Shown piece by piece: positions 28,101 through 40,448 of a DNA stretch of 64,000 nt. Source of the DNA: Raillietiella orientalis (Eukaryota); contig JAYWIR010000009.1 in NCBI GenBank assembly GCA_036172245.1, forward strand, positions 4,278,001 to 4,342,000, read 5' to 3'. The position numbers and the translations under genes were made by a program. Positions within the stretch are counted from its first letter, which is position 1; the number at the start of each line of letters is the position of its first letter. The notes below the pieces were generated by a model. That model had not been told where the DNA came from and did no database searches. It saw only the letters and a list, made by a program, of their open reading frames with translations.

Positions 28101-30543
28101 CCCATCCTGCAACACTTCGACTCGGAAGTCTCTTCTGCGCAGCGTTGTTCTCACGCAGGTTTGCCCCGAAGAGTGAGCGAGGTCACCCCCGAAGTGCCAC
28201 TTCGGTTGCCCAGTTCTGCCGGCTCCGGGTTCCCGACGAACGCTTTCGCTGCTTGCGTGACACACGAGCAGGGAGGCGAGCGACCTCACGAGGAAAATGG
28301 CACACTGGCGATTCCCAGTGCTCACTCCCAGCTGGTGGATGCGATCAGTGAGCTGTGTGACACCAGGAACATTTCGCGCGTCCCGTGAGGTTCTCTGTCT
28401 CTCTCTCCTCTTCTGTAGTGCCCCTCTCTCCCCAAGCAAGCAGCGAGCGTTCCGGTCACTCGGGTGCCCGTGTTCGCTGGTGCAATAGGGAGCATTTCCG
28501 GATGCACACCTTGCGGCATCCTGGGTCGGATGGGGGATGAGAGATCGATGGGCACTCCGCTTGGTCCCCTTGAACGCGTTCTTTCCTTCCTTCTTCGTTC
28601 GGTTCCCTCGACACTGGTCCAGCCGAGACTTGCTTCGAGGGAGCCTAGATCCCCCCCCCCCTCTTTTCGTTAGTTGACGATTCGGCGTTCCTTTACCCGC
28701 CTCCCGGCCATCCGTGGATTTTACCAAGACTCAGCCAAGGTTCTCCCTAACGCTCCCCATAAAGGTTACGCGCAAGCATGCTTTCGAGCAATGGGGAGTT
28801 TGGCCAGAGAGCAGGGTTCCTGTCTTTTCTTGGAGCCGCCGTGGTCCGTGCTGCCGCCTTATCTCTCCATCTTCTCCCATCGAGCTTTGGTTGTGAGGTA
28901 GCTTGCAAGACTGTTCCCTGCTCGAAGTGCGGGCCGATCATCATCTTCGATCGAATGGAAAGACGTGACCGAGCAGGCGTCATTTGGTTATCGAGCCGCA
29001 GTGAGGATCACGTCGCACCTCAGCTCTGTGCGACGTGACCAAGGGACGAGGACCGAGGAACCCGCGTGTCGGGCTGTCTTCGGCGTTCTCTGCATTCCGC
29101 TTTTGCCGCGTGCCCGCCTTAGGTCGCCAGGCAAGCCGTCGTCTCAAGCGTTCTGGGGCATTGACGCTCCCCGAATCCTGATAGGCGCAGCTGCCCCGGT
29201 TCGATCAAGATGTCTCGACCACACGCAGTCAGCAGAGCACCGGAACCGACGCACACCATCACGTCCAGAAGTAAGAAAGGAAGAAAGAAAAACTGATAGC
29301 GAGGCAGACGATCTTGCTTTTCCTCTTCTCCTTAGGTTGTGGCATCACCGAGCAGTTGCTGCGTCTGATGAAGCCATCCGTCACCGAAAGGGTTGCGAGC
29401 GCGTGCCTGGGTCCGCGTTTTCGGATGCGGCTGCGAAAAAGCAACGCGGAATGCACTGTCGTCTCGTCGTCGTGCTGCTTTTCAGTACTTGAACGGAAAG
29501 CAGAGACGTGGCACTTCCGCTTTCCAAGTATCATGCGCTCTCCGAGAGGTCTCCACTTCTTTTCCTTTTCCTTCCTTCCTTCCTTTTCCTCGGGTGCTGC
29601 TCTGGGGAGTCCTCGAACGCTGTCGCCCCCACCTCGAAAATTCTGCGCATGGATCTCGCATTGCCTTCCTCGGAACGGAGGAGGACGTGCGACCGTGTGA
29701 GGGGAGAGGATCTGGAGACGTTCAGAGGAACGGAATGACACCACTGCGTCATGTGCAAACGAAAGAGTGAAGTGGAAACGTGACCCTCGGTGCGACGCAG
29801 AAAGTGTATCGCTTGCCCTCCTACGCGGGCGCGCGCGTCCCTAAAGTGCATGCGGGCACGTACGACGTACATCAAAACGGAGAGCTCTTTGGAATGCTTC
29901 CAATCTACGGAACCCTTCTTTTGTTTTCGACGAGCGAATGGTGTGTCGAGCCTCGAGGTTTTAGAAATAGAGAAAGGCCGAAACGCGCAACCGTCCCCAG
30001 CCGAGTATCCGCGGGAATCCGACGCGTTATGCGCGCAAAAGCCGTCTGCATGGCCTCATCCGGGAAACGAAAGCTGCGTGTGATGTGGGAAAGACGAAAT
30101 CTGTCTCTTGCCTGCAGGACGGTGACGTTTGCTACGTTGGAGTTCCATAGATGAGCTTGCTCCGCGTTGGACCACAAGAAATCGTGATATCTTGCGGCTT
30201 CTATGGGGATCGTGATCTGAAATCAGAAAAGGATCTGGGTTCCTCCGGCCGCGAATAATGCACTTTTGGGAGGGATTCTTGCATCCTACTTGGAGCAGCG
30301 CGCAAGAATGATGAGAAACGGGGTGGAGCATTTGTGCCAGCCCCTTATGGACTTTTTCCCAACCGTGAAAGATCGTGTACTCACGTTAGCCAGGTACACT
30401 AAACCCTTCCGTTGACTCGGGTTTTCCAAGATGGAGATGGACCCGAAGCTGATCTCCTTCACCTCCTTCCACTTTCCAGATTGCAAGTTGTTCAACACGG
30501 CGGTCTTGGTTTCCACCGCCTTTGTCTTGTACGCATCGAACAT
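25144..30543 (-). CDS. Stand-alone START (StAR-related lipid transfer) domain protein, ~211 aa, 4 coding exons
   Basis: Exons 30543-30385 (MFDAYKTKAVETKTAVLNNLQSGKWKEVK..KGLVYLAN, GTGAGT donor), 30216-30112 (ITIPIEAARYHDFLWSNAEQAHLWNSNVANVTVLQ, GC donor), 25569-25400 (VVDENSRIVYQ..LVKSRYFINL.., GTAAGT donor) and 25345-25144 (GINGPSAMVITP..FLWHLSLDLRSQI). Phases are consistent and the product is colinear with the recalled STARD3/StAR START domain. Start codon uncertain (30543, 30570, 30618 or an upstream exon). Confidence 0.85.
27960..28400 (+). pseudogene. Degenerate SmydA-like fragment inside START gene intron
   Basis: LFVESHRRRRR (~MESHxxxR), GFPTNAF (~GILxTNAFE), CDTRN. Confidence 0.45.
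29340..29530 (+). pseudogene. Possible SMYD MYND-region fragment
   Basis: EQLLRLMKPSV..ACLG...ECTVVSSSCC..KAETWH resembles the SET-N to MYND transition. Confidence 0.3.
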
Positions 30544-31779
30544 CAGAGCTTCCTTAAGATACAAATTCATGGAAGTGGCGAGGGAACAAGGTTGGTTCGG
30601 ATTTCTGGTGTCATTCATGAGTCCCTAACACCAAGGTGTGTTCTGCTAACGGCGTCACATCCAGCGATCTGAGCAACGGTCAGTCCTCCCCCTCAGTATG
30701 AATGCATACAGTATAACCCTCTTTATAAGACAGAGGATATCCTTATTCATGCGCCTTGTGGGTTGCACGTGAACAATAAGATAGTGAGATTCGTAAGAGA
30801 TTTTTTTTTTTTTTAAAAAAAAGTGTATTAAACGTAGTAAGTAGCAGTGAGATATTTGTTTCTCTTTAAAGCAACGCGAGAAAAATATCAAGAGTGTTTA
30901 TTTATGTAACTTGGATTTTTTTTTTAAAAAAAAACAAAAACAAAAACAAAAAGAATGGGGAGGGGGGCGATTTTGAGAGTGTTGTTGATATTTAATCAAT
31001 TGGAGCAGTTCTGTTATCTCAGAGTTCTCGTTGCTCGTGGAAATCAAACCGGATTGAATCGCGCGCTCGCGTTCTCCATTAAAATAAAAAGGAGAGAAGA
31101 AGAACAGCTGGACTGACGCAGCCGCAGTTCCTGTGAAACGTCACCGTCCGCCACGAGATGACTGACGGCAGACAGCGCGAAGACTGTCGTCATTTCTTCG
31201 TTGTTGCGTCATGCGGATTTGCGTCATGTGACGGCAGCGGCCTGCTGTGTGTTTTTTTTTGTTTTGTTTGTTTGTTTGTTTGTTTTGTTTTGTTTTTTTT
31301 GGGGGGGGGGAGGGAGGGTATTTAATATGGGATCGAAACGAGGGGACCAGAAGTTTGTGTCAGGTGTCGAGAATAGGTGCGCTGCCACCTCTACTTTGCT
31401 TGTGAAACGAGCGGAGAGCGTGTAGAGTCGCGCTCGTTGTTGCCCATCCAGCATCCGCATTGCGGTATCTGTCGTTCCCAAGTACTTGTCCTCGAAAGAA
31501 AAGCAACGAGCGACACAGTCGTGCGCTCAGGGGAACCCTCCCGGGTAAAACGACAGACGTCGCCCAGCTGGTGCTGCTGCTTGCCGTTTATCCTGTGCCC
31601 TTCAGCTGCTCCTTAGCGACGGCAGCAACACCCTTCGCCTCAAGCTTTGAAAAACCGCGCAGTCGATTGAGAATTCTCGACTTTGAGGGTGGTGCCAGCA
31701 AGGTTGAAATCTTGCCGATCTCGGTTAAAGGGCATCGGGGGAGGGGGTGCCAGGCAGCCAGATCGGCTTCCCGAGGCTC

Positions 31780-32000
31780 GAAGGCAGGGTTTGCCGCATC
31801 TCTCGGAAGGATTTCTAAACCGGAAGCTGCATCCGCATGATGGGCATGGAATGGTTTGCCCTCTTTGTTGGCAAAGTGAAATCCTAGACCGGCTGCAGTC
31901 TTTTCCGGTGGGACACGACGTGCAGCGGAAGGTGGGCGTGCGAGGTGGGCGTGCTGCCGGTGCGTTCTCCTCCCCGACCCCGAACGGATAGTCAGGGACG
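31780..32000 (-). pseudogene. Degenerate SmydA-like post-SET fragment
   Basis: RRTHRQHAHL..TFRCTSCPTGKD...IPCPSCG. Confidence 0.5.
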
Positions 32001-33349
32001 CGAACCCGAACTTTCGGCGAAAAGCACGCACGCTGGCCGTCGTACGGAACTTACTTTGTTTTCCTGAGAAACTTCTGTCATCCTTGTGAAATTTCTGTTT
32101 ACTTCTTCGAGTGTTTCTCCCGTCGAGAACAAATGCTTGTCTTTTGTCGCCCTTGCCAGGCCATCATGTGCTGTGGTGGGAAGCGAGTTCTCTCCTGCAC
32201 TCGTACCTGGATCTAGTCAAAGATGCATGTTTTTGTTTTTGTTTTTCCCCCTCCTCTCTTTTTCTTTCAAGTCTGTGCAGAGCAAATAAAGTTGGAGATG
32301 ACATCTGTGAGACATGCTCTGTCTCCACTGCTATTTGGTGGACAGCAGCAGATTCAAACAGGAAAGCGCACACGGGCCGATAATAGGAATGCAGAGGGAG
32401 CAGTAGACTCTATCGAGTTTCCTATCCAAATTTCAAAAGAAAAAAAAAAAATGCATTTTGAATCCGGGAACAAACGGATTCGTTGCTGCACGGCTTCAAG
32501 ACTTTCAGAGGAACGCTCTGATGATCGATCCAAAAACGATTTGCCCGCGGAACCCTACCGACTGTTCTTGGCTCCGAGGTGGCACCAACTCTGCCGTTTC
32601 GTGTTTTTTCCGGCGCCTGATCTTCCGGAGACGCCACCATCAGGGAAGAGAAAGGAAGAGAAACGGTGGACACAGTTCCTGCCGTAAAGCGAAAGGAACG
32701 AAACGCCACTGGATCCCCCTCGGCGGAAGCCACTCTCTCACCAGCCACCGCATCACCCATCCCTCCGTGGTGGAAGCCGTCGAGCTTCTCTCCGTCTGCC
32801 CGCACGTCTTCTTCTCCGTGCGCGCAAGCGTCAGACTTTGCGTGAGCAGCACGCACGCGCGCAGCTCACTGCGCGTGTGGCAGCAGCTCTTGCGGGGATC
32901 TCCCGGCACGCGTCTGCAACATGGCGCCGTGGAGCGTTTTCAGCAAAGGTGCTTTGAGAGGGGTTCCGGCGAGCGGGGTCTTCTACACGGTCTCCTTCGC
33001 ACCCTCGCCTCAGGCTGGAAGAAGGGCGGGGTGGGAAGGCGGTACCTGTTTACCCACACTCGAATCGAAAGGGAACGGAAGCAGGCGGACGTCCTCCGGG
33101 AGCTGGAAATCGCGCGGGTGGACGGAGAAGGAAGGGCGCGGTGGCTCGGATCAAGCCGTGCTGCTGCCGTGGACCTCCCTGTTTCGGCCGTGCTCTTGGG
33201 GCGCATGGGCACGCAAAAACAAGGTCCATGCCTGGAGGATTTTCGGGGCCGGCAGACGCAAGCGTAAGGGGAGGATCTTGCCGGATGATCGCAATCATCA
33301 TGGAGACGTATCGCCGTCGAAACCGAGAGACCGCCGCCCCAGGAGGGAA

Positions 33350-34330
33350 CTCGACGCCGCAGTGCAGGACCGGCAGCCGGGAGAAGTCATCCTCCAGCCC
33401 GCAGCTAAATTCTCGAACGAAACATTCTGTTCGGCCGAAGCTGTCGGTCTTCGGAACGAGCATTGCTCGCCCGCACAGCAGGGAGGACCGACTTGACTTG
33501 AAAGTGTGTGACCTGGTGCGAGACACTTCCGTTCTGCCTGAGGACGTGGCCGATGGCAAGGTTCCATCTGCCGAGAAGCAATGGATGACTCTTGCCATTT
33601 GCTCCCCCCCCCCCTCCTCTTCTCTTTCCTCTCTTTTAGCTGTCGTCCTCGGTCCGTGGTTGCTTTTTGTGATCGGCATTACGGCACGCCCATCAGTGCC
33701 GGCCGATGTGCTCGGCCGAGATGACGCGAGCATCGGATGCTCCTACTGCGGCATCCCTTCCTTGTTGAGGAGGATCGATCCGGGTGCCCGTTCTCGCTCT
33801 TCGTTTCCGAAAGTTTTACCTGCCTCTCCTCCTCGGGTCGAAGCTGCAGGTAGGTGGTTTCGGCACCGGTAGCAGGATGGCCACCGCCCATCGTCACTGG
33901 GATCTTTGCGCCCAGAGTGTCGGCAGAGGAGTGGCTCCTCTGCCTTTCTCGGAAGGCCGCTTCCAGAGGGACATCCGTCCGATTTTTTTTCGCCACCTCT
34001 ACCATGCCATCCCTCCCACTTCGTCGTCGGTCCAGAGCTCCTCCGTCCGCTCCTCTGGTGTGCGGAAGCCTTTACTGACGCTCTCGTTCCAGCATCCTCA
34101 CCGCTCCTCGTCTTCTCGTTTGGTAGGCTAAGGCTCTGCTCAGCGCGTGGCCGGAGCATGGATAAACTTTGGCGCCATCCGCCGAGAGAGCGTCGCAAGC
34201 AAGCGCCGGCTGCTCTCCTTCCCGGAGAGAACGCAATCCCGCTTGCGAGCTTCCCGGTTTCCTGACATCCCTCCCCACTCCCGCTCGAGCTCGACCGATG
34301 GGATCGGACCTCTCCAGTAGGCACAAGAGC
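33350..34330 (-). pseudogene. Degenerate SmydA-like copy (SET-N to post-SET)
   Basis: LERSDPIGRARAGVGRDVRKPG, PALAC, YPCS, TKWE, GRAVMPITKSNHGP and VIHCFSADGTL in order; short nucleotide matches to 44770-45030. Confidence 0.5.
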
Positions 34331-36037
34331 TAGCCGTGACCCTGCGATCGGAAAGACGCCCACGGATTCAGCTTTTTGTCTCAGTCAAAGGCGGCGTCGC
34401 GTTTTATCTTATCTTGCCATGCTGGCGACACAAGTTGCCAGTCGAGATCCGAGCGACACAACTACCGACCGGGACGTGTGACCGAAAGGAAGCAGGCGAA
34501 CAGGAGGCTGGAGTTGCATTGCAGCTGAGCTCCGGAGAAGAATCCCGTAGAGCTGCGTCCCTGAGGGATGACTGGAAGTGACCAAATGCACGATGTCCTG
34601 GCTTGCCAACGCGAGTTTCTTCGGATGTCGGACGGAGCTTCTTCTCTTGGCCGCGGCTCCCCAGGAAAGCACATCTGCTTCGATGATGTTCCCGAGCCCT
34701 CGTAGCCCTGATGGCCTGCGGATGACTCCTATCCACTTCATGCGGACCAGACTTTTTCCCCCTTCTTTCCTCTGCAGTTTCCTCCAGTCATTAAATGGCA
34801 CGGGAGCACGGAATTATCCAGCTCGAGACAAGTGCCGGAGGGTGGATGAAGAATTTTATCTTATCGTAAGCTTTTGAAGACTCGGTGGAAAAATGGGACC
34901 GTTAGTTTGGGCTGGGCGACCCACTTCGCAGTCTGAAGAGCACCGCAGGAAGGGACGGTCGGTTTTCTTCTTCCTCTTCGTGCATCCTCTGTTGAAACAA
35001 ACAACAAGGGAAGAAAACTATGAAGATGCGTCCTCACTTCGGCGTGAGTGTAACTGCGGAACCTGAAAGCCCTCGTTGGGGCTCATTAGCTTCTGTTCGT
35101 CCACGGCATTCTTTTTCGTTCTCTCGAGCATGATGATGGTCCATGGGGTTCCGGGAGCGCACGTGGAGGTGCAGCCTCTTGTTTTCGTGTCTCCTGAGCA
35201 GCAGCGAGCTTCGTTTTGTTTCTACCTCAGACCTCCGATTCGACCGCAGGAGACGGATGCGGGCGCAAGAAATCACGTCAAGAGGAACGGCGGTCGGATT
35301 GATCTCAAGCAGGTGCACGTGGCGATAATACAGGCACACTCATTCCCATACACCCCGCACACTCCTCTTTTGTTGTTGTTGCTGCTGCTGGTGGTGGTGA
35401 TGGTGGTGGTGGTGGTGTGCGTCCCTCCACCGCCTGAGGGATGGGGTTTCCGAAAGGGGTGCGCAAAAAGCGTGATCGCAGAATCTGGGCTCCTGCAACA
35501 GTGAGTGGACTCTCTGGTCCATTCAGCAGCGGCAACCGCTCTCAGGAAATCCGCGGGGGCCTACCACTTGGCTTTGCCGCAAATCGTCCGATGAAACCGC
35601 GAGGCGTGAGGCGCATCGGACTGGCTAAGCAGTTGGTTTCTGCCCGACGTTTCCCTATCGGTTCCCCACGGGAATTCCGGAGCGCATCAGAAACCTCGTG
35701 TACGTTCCGAGAATGGGCGCGTACGGAACCGACAGGCTTTCCGAGAGCGGCTTCCGCTCTCGCTGTGCCATTGCAGCTTGCCATGCTCGCGTTCATTGCA
35801 GATGGATTCGAACACTCGCACATGCAGCCAAGTGCCATCCTCAACAGAAATCACAGTCTTGTGCAACAGGAATTTCCACTCTGGGATCATTCACTGACCC
35901 ATTTTCCGCACCCCACGGCTCAAACGCAACGGTGCCGATTGAAATACCGAAAGATCCTAAGAAACAACAGGAATGCATGTGTTTCGTTATACACTTTAAT
36001 AGATTTTATGATATGCTTGTTGTGTGCATAACGAACG

Positions 36038-36642
36038 TATATTAAATTGGATATATAAATGTCGAATTACAAAAAAAAGTAGAAAAAAAATAACAGTGAC
36101 AATTAAAATTGGGGGGTGGGGGGAAGGGGGGGGAAAAATAGAAAGGAAAAAAAAAAAGAAGCAATCTGGCATTTCCTTATGCTTATGTCTTATTATGTAC
36201 ATACTTTTTAAAGATTGTAAAAAATCAATGTATACGCCTGTTACGCATACTGACATATAAAGATAAGAAAGAATACATATATGTATTAAGATAATCAATA
36301 ATGCGTAACAGATTAAGATTATAAAAACAAAGATGCATGTTTATTATATGCGTTAACATATATTCATACATATAATAAGTACATATGAAATGAATTATGA
36401 ATGAAATGAAGTATCGAATTATGAAAGGATCCAAATTCCGCAAATGGATTTCAGGGTTTTATTCATTGATTGAGTATTGAAAATGACCGGGAAAGGAAAT
36501 GCCAGATTGCTTTTCTTTCTTTTTTTTTCTCTCTCTCTCTCCCAACCCCCCGCGTCCCCCCAACCCCCAATTTTAATTGTCACCGTTATTTTTTTTTCTA
36601 ATTTTTATTTTTTTTTGTACTTGGAGGTATCCAATTTAATGT
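36038..36642. repeat. Imperfect ~140-bp inverted repeats flanking an AT-rich core (MITE/foldback-like, family D)
   Basis: 36038-36178 (ATTAAATTGGATA..GTGACAATTAAAATTGGGG..AGCAATCTGGCATTTCCTT) versus the reverse complement of 36492-36642. Confidence 0.75.
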
Positions 36643-37449
36643 ACATTCATTATACATATATATGATAGACGTATGTATTTTTTTTATCTGTAAGGTCTTT
36701 CGGGACTTTGAACCAGATGCAGGACGCACACATCGCATTCTTCAAAACAGATTATGGTTTGTCCCCATGAAGCCAAATGAACTCCCCCTCCCTCTAAGAT
36801 GACCCTGACCGGATTGCATGCGAATTTCTATCGGAAATGCCATCCACCGAAGCAGATGGCCACCCTTGTGTTTCAGGGCAAATGTTTGCCAATTTTCTGG
36901 CTTGCAAATCAGCTGGGGGACCAAGAAGCACCTCTAAGAGGGGAATGAAACGGGGATTTTCCAAAATCGTCCGTTTCGTTCGTCTTTTCGACTCCCGTGC
37001 CCTCCGCCACGTCCTCCGATGCACTGGGAGCAGGGGGATCCTTCTCAGCCGATGCGTCTCCCCTTCGAGAGAACAGGAAGAAACGTTCGCGGGTTGCACC
37101 CATGAGATCCGTGGCACACCATCTGTTGTGACAGCAATCGAGAGAGGTCATTTCCCGCAGAGTAACGTGCGAGCACAAGAGACCCTTCCAACGGAACCGA
37201 AAACGGATCCTTGCGGGAACCGAGAGCCAAGATCAGCAAAATGGTCGGTCATTAATGGCCAGCCTTTCTCGACCCCCTCACGCATCGTCAGGAGGAAGGA
37301 AGCCTCGGTGAGCTTTCACGTGGGCAGATAAGATGGGGAAAATCACAGTGCGATTAAGGAAGGCGTTGCCAACGAGCTGGGTTCGAAAGCCTTCACGAAG
37401 AGATGTGTTCCTCAGCGGTCCGGTCTTCGAGGCACCGCAAGGGAAGCTC

Positions 37450-37620
37450 GGAGACTCGGAGTCGTCGCGGTGCCCGCGAACGCCGTGATGTCCACTTGGA
37501 CAGTTTGCCTGCTCGTTCGCTTTGCGAGGACAGGTGGACATTGAAATCCAAAAGCCCGTTTTCGGAATTTCGTCTTTACGTGAGAGGCGACCGGGTCCAG
37601 AGAAGACTGGCCTATTCAGG
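37450..37620 (-). pseudogene. Possible SMYD post-SET remnant
   Basis: Frameshifted FQC-TCPR motif preceded by an R-rich segment. Confidence 0.25.
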
Positions 37621-38599
37621 ACTTGCAAGGTGGAAACGTCTGTGGACATCCCACCTCATGGATAGGTGGGAAATGACGGGAAATTGCAAACCCAGGTGAG
37701 GGAAGGGGGGAGGGTCACCTGTGGCTAACTTCCGTTGTGGCCGACGCAGTAACGTGTGCAGTAAGCACGAATCCTTAAGGCCCTTCGACTAGGAAGCATT
37801 CCGCCCGACAAGTACAAGGAATACAAAGATCGTGGGTTCCTCTCAATCGCTTACACGTTTCAGCCAGCGTCGGATATTCTTTAACACAGAACGACGGCAT
37901 ATTTGGCATTCTTGCATTCAGAATAAAATTTTTGATAGAATAACTCCACTTACTGTTTTTAGAATTCATGTGTTTGTATTGCTCCGGAGCAAGCCTATCT
38001 AAAATCAGAATGGTCGCCCATATTGATTGAAGTATCATCCTCGACACCAACCAACAACACTCTGCCCAACACTTTTCTCTCGACTTTTAAGATTCTGAGA
38101 GGCACTGAGCGATCCTCTAAAATGGGAAAAAAAACAAACAAAAATTAGAACATTTTAACTGCATCTGTGGAAACGGATTTATCGACATTTTCAAATCGAA
38201 TACTCTCCCCGCTCAGCGAAGGGATATTTACTATAATACATGGCACTTTCTATGAAAATGCTACGTATGATAGCCGACACATAGCTACTACTGTTTTTAA
38301 CCAGTAGTACATACAACATTCTGCTTCCTTTCACAGTGAACTACGAAGCAAAATCAAGCATGTTGAAATTAAATCCCTCATCTGATAGATTTCAACTGCT
38401 AGCAGTGATGCTTTTCCCTTTTCAAAAATTCAGATAAGCGCCACCGTTTTTTTTTTCCTTTTTTTTTTTTTTTTTTTATCAACTAAAAAGCAAGAATACG
38501 CTTATCGATAGCTTATCGTGTTTTCAGCACACTTCATAGGCAGATAAGGAAAGAGAGGTTCATGTTGTCTGGGAGGCTTCGGAGACTCGTGAGAGGGAA

Positions 38600-38950
38600 A
38601 GAAGGAGCGAAGCCACACCACTGGGACACAGCCGCCGCCGAAAACACCTTGGCTGGTGTGCTGCACACCGAAACTCCCTTGGTGGCTGTCACCCTGGAAA
38701 CGGTCCCTGCGTGCGATGGGTGGAAATCGCAATGGAATCTCGCTGCTTACGCCAGCGACCGTCAGCAGCTCCAGCACGGAAGCACGACTATGCCCAAGCA
38801 GTGGATCCAAGCAGCAAGAAGCATTGCGTGCCCCGGAACCGGAATCCTCTATCCGTGCAGACTCCTCCGCATCTCCACGACCGTCTCCCAGCAGCGGTCT
38901 CAGCGGAAAGCTGCTTTCTTCGCCTCCGTTCTTGCGCCGGGTGAAAAAGG
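38600..38950 (+). pseudogene. Degenerate SmydA-like SET-N fragment
   Basis: AAENTLAGVLHTETPLVAVTLETVPACDGW resembles ATRDIxAGExIxxExPLVxGPxxxxPVCLGC. Confidence 0.55.
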
Positions 38951-40448
38951 AAAGGGACACAGGGGATGATGCCTCGTGGACTTTTGTAAGGACGCCGCTA
39001 AATGGAATCAGCAGTGGGCTGATGGAAAGATTTCGAAAGAAAAAAAAAAAAAAAATCGGAACGTCGGGACAAATACAAAAACTTTGCGCGTGGAAATCTC
39101 CCACGAGATCCCGGCAATGCATTAATGGAAGCCTCAACTCTCATCAGTGGCCGTGACATGTGATCTGCAGTCAGATACGGAAAGAAGGAACGACTGCCAC
39201 CAAAACGTTGCTGAGGGGAAGGAGGTGATGATGACTTGTTAAAAATGGGTAGGAGTTCAGATTCCGTCGCCAAGGATTCTTCCACTGTCCTCTTCCACAA
39301 GTTCATGTGCTCCTTCGAAAATCGACTCAACTGGATTGGATGCGTCTCTTCATTCTATTAAATTACGATCAATTTTTGCTGTGGTGGTGGTGGTGGTGGT
39401 TTTTGAGATTGAAATGATGGAGGGGCCTTCAACTGTAAGCAAGGAAAGACGCGGATCCTTCAGAAGGACCCGGGCTTTTCGGCGGGCCACTTTCCCCGGT
39501 TGGCTCCAAAGGGAAGCAAGCAGATTTTTGACAAGCATGAATCAAGAAAAAGCTGCTCGAAAATTCCCCGTTTATGGATCTGTAGGGAAGGCAGCGCGCG
39601 CAGTTCTTAAGGAAGCTGGCTGGAAGCAGAACCTGATCTCTAAGATGGCCTCCGTGATGGGGGGCCGAAGGCCTTGCTCTTGAAATGCAAACGGACTCGA
39701 CCTGTTGGAGGGGATGGGGGGGACTGGAATTTTCTTTTTTTTTTTTCTTACAGGAGAGTTTCTCGGTGCCTTCCTGCAAAAGAAGCGCATCTGGTGCTTC
39801 AGAAGTCCGGCCACAGATGGTCGTCGGCTGCACAAGAAACAGCAACTATCTAACGCAAGCACTCACAGTCGTTATTGGAATTTATTTGTATAGGGCACGT
39901 TTACATGCAACCGTGCAATGTTTCGTCGATGGGCTCCAAACAAGGCAAAGAGTACCTTAAGAGGCTCTCAATGCTCTTTTTTTTTTTCTTGAAACGGTTG
40001 GAAAAACAGGAAAGAAAAAACAAAAAAGCTGCGGCAACAGCTGCATCGAGGCAAATTGAAGAAAAGAAGGGCAAAAAAGGTGAGTATATGTGCCTCCTTT
40101 TTTCTTTTTTTTTTTCAATAGGTGGAAATGACCAAGCGTTCGCACATAATTGTGGGAAGCCTGCGATTTAAATGGGAAAACTTTTTGTCCGCATGTGTCA
40201 CGTGTACATTACAACCTATTTGCGAACAATCATGGCAACGTGGTTGTGTTACAATGTACGCGTTCCCCATCCCAGGATGGGTGACGGTTCCCGGACGGAC
40301 ATCGAAAGTCTACGAAAATCCTGCTTTTTTTTTTTTCTTCCCCAATCGAAAGCATTCGCCATCAAACGGTTTGATTCTACCTGAACTCCGTCGTCTCCGC
40401 ACGCCTGCCTTGCTGTCGGGACGCACGGCCGCACAAAACTGCAGTAGC

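Noticed and set aside
29360..29400. CTGATGA...GAAA hammerhead-like core (also checked 7700-7750 minus, 22493, 39140 minus)
   Set aside because: No convincing stem II or flanking stems could be paired.
30286..30618. ORF initially resembling an R1-type retroelement linker
   Set aside because: It splices cleanly into the START gene as its first coding exon.
37775..38050. 91-aa minus-strand ORF with an internal GTAAGT donor-like site
   Set aside because: No recognisable homology or partner exons.
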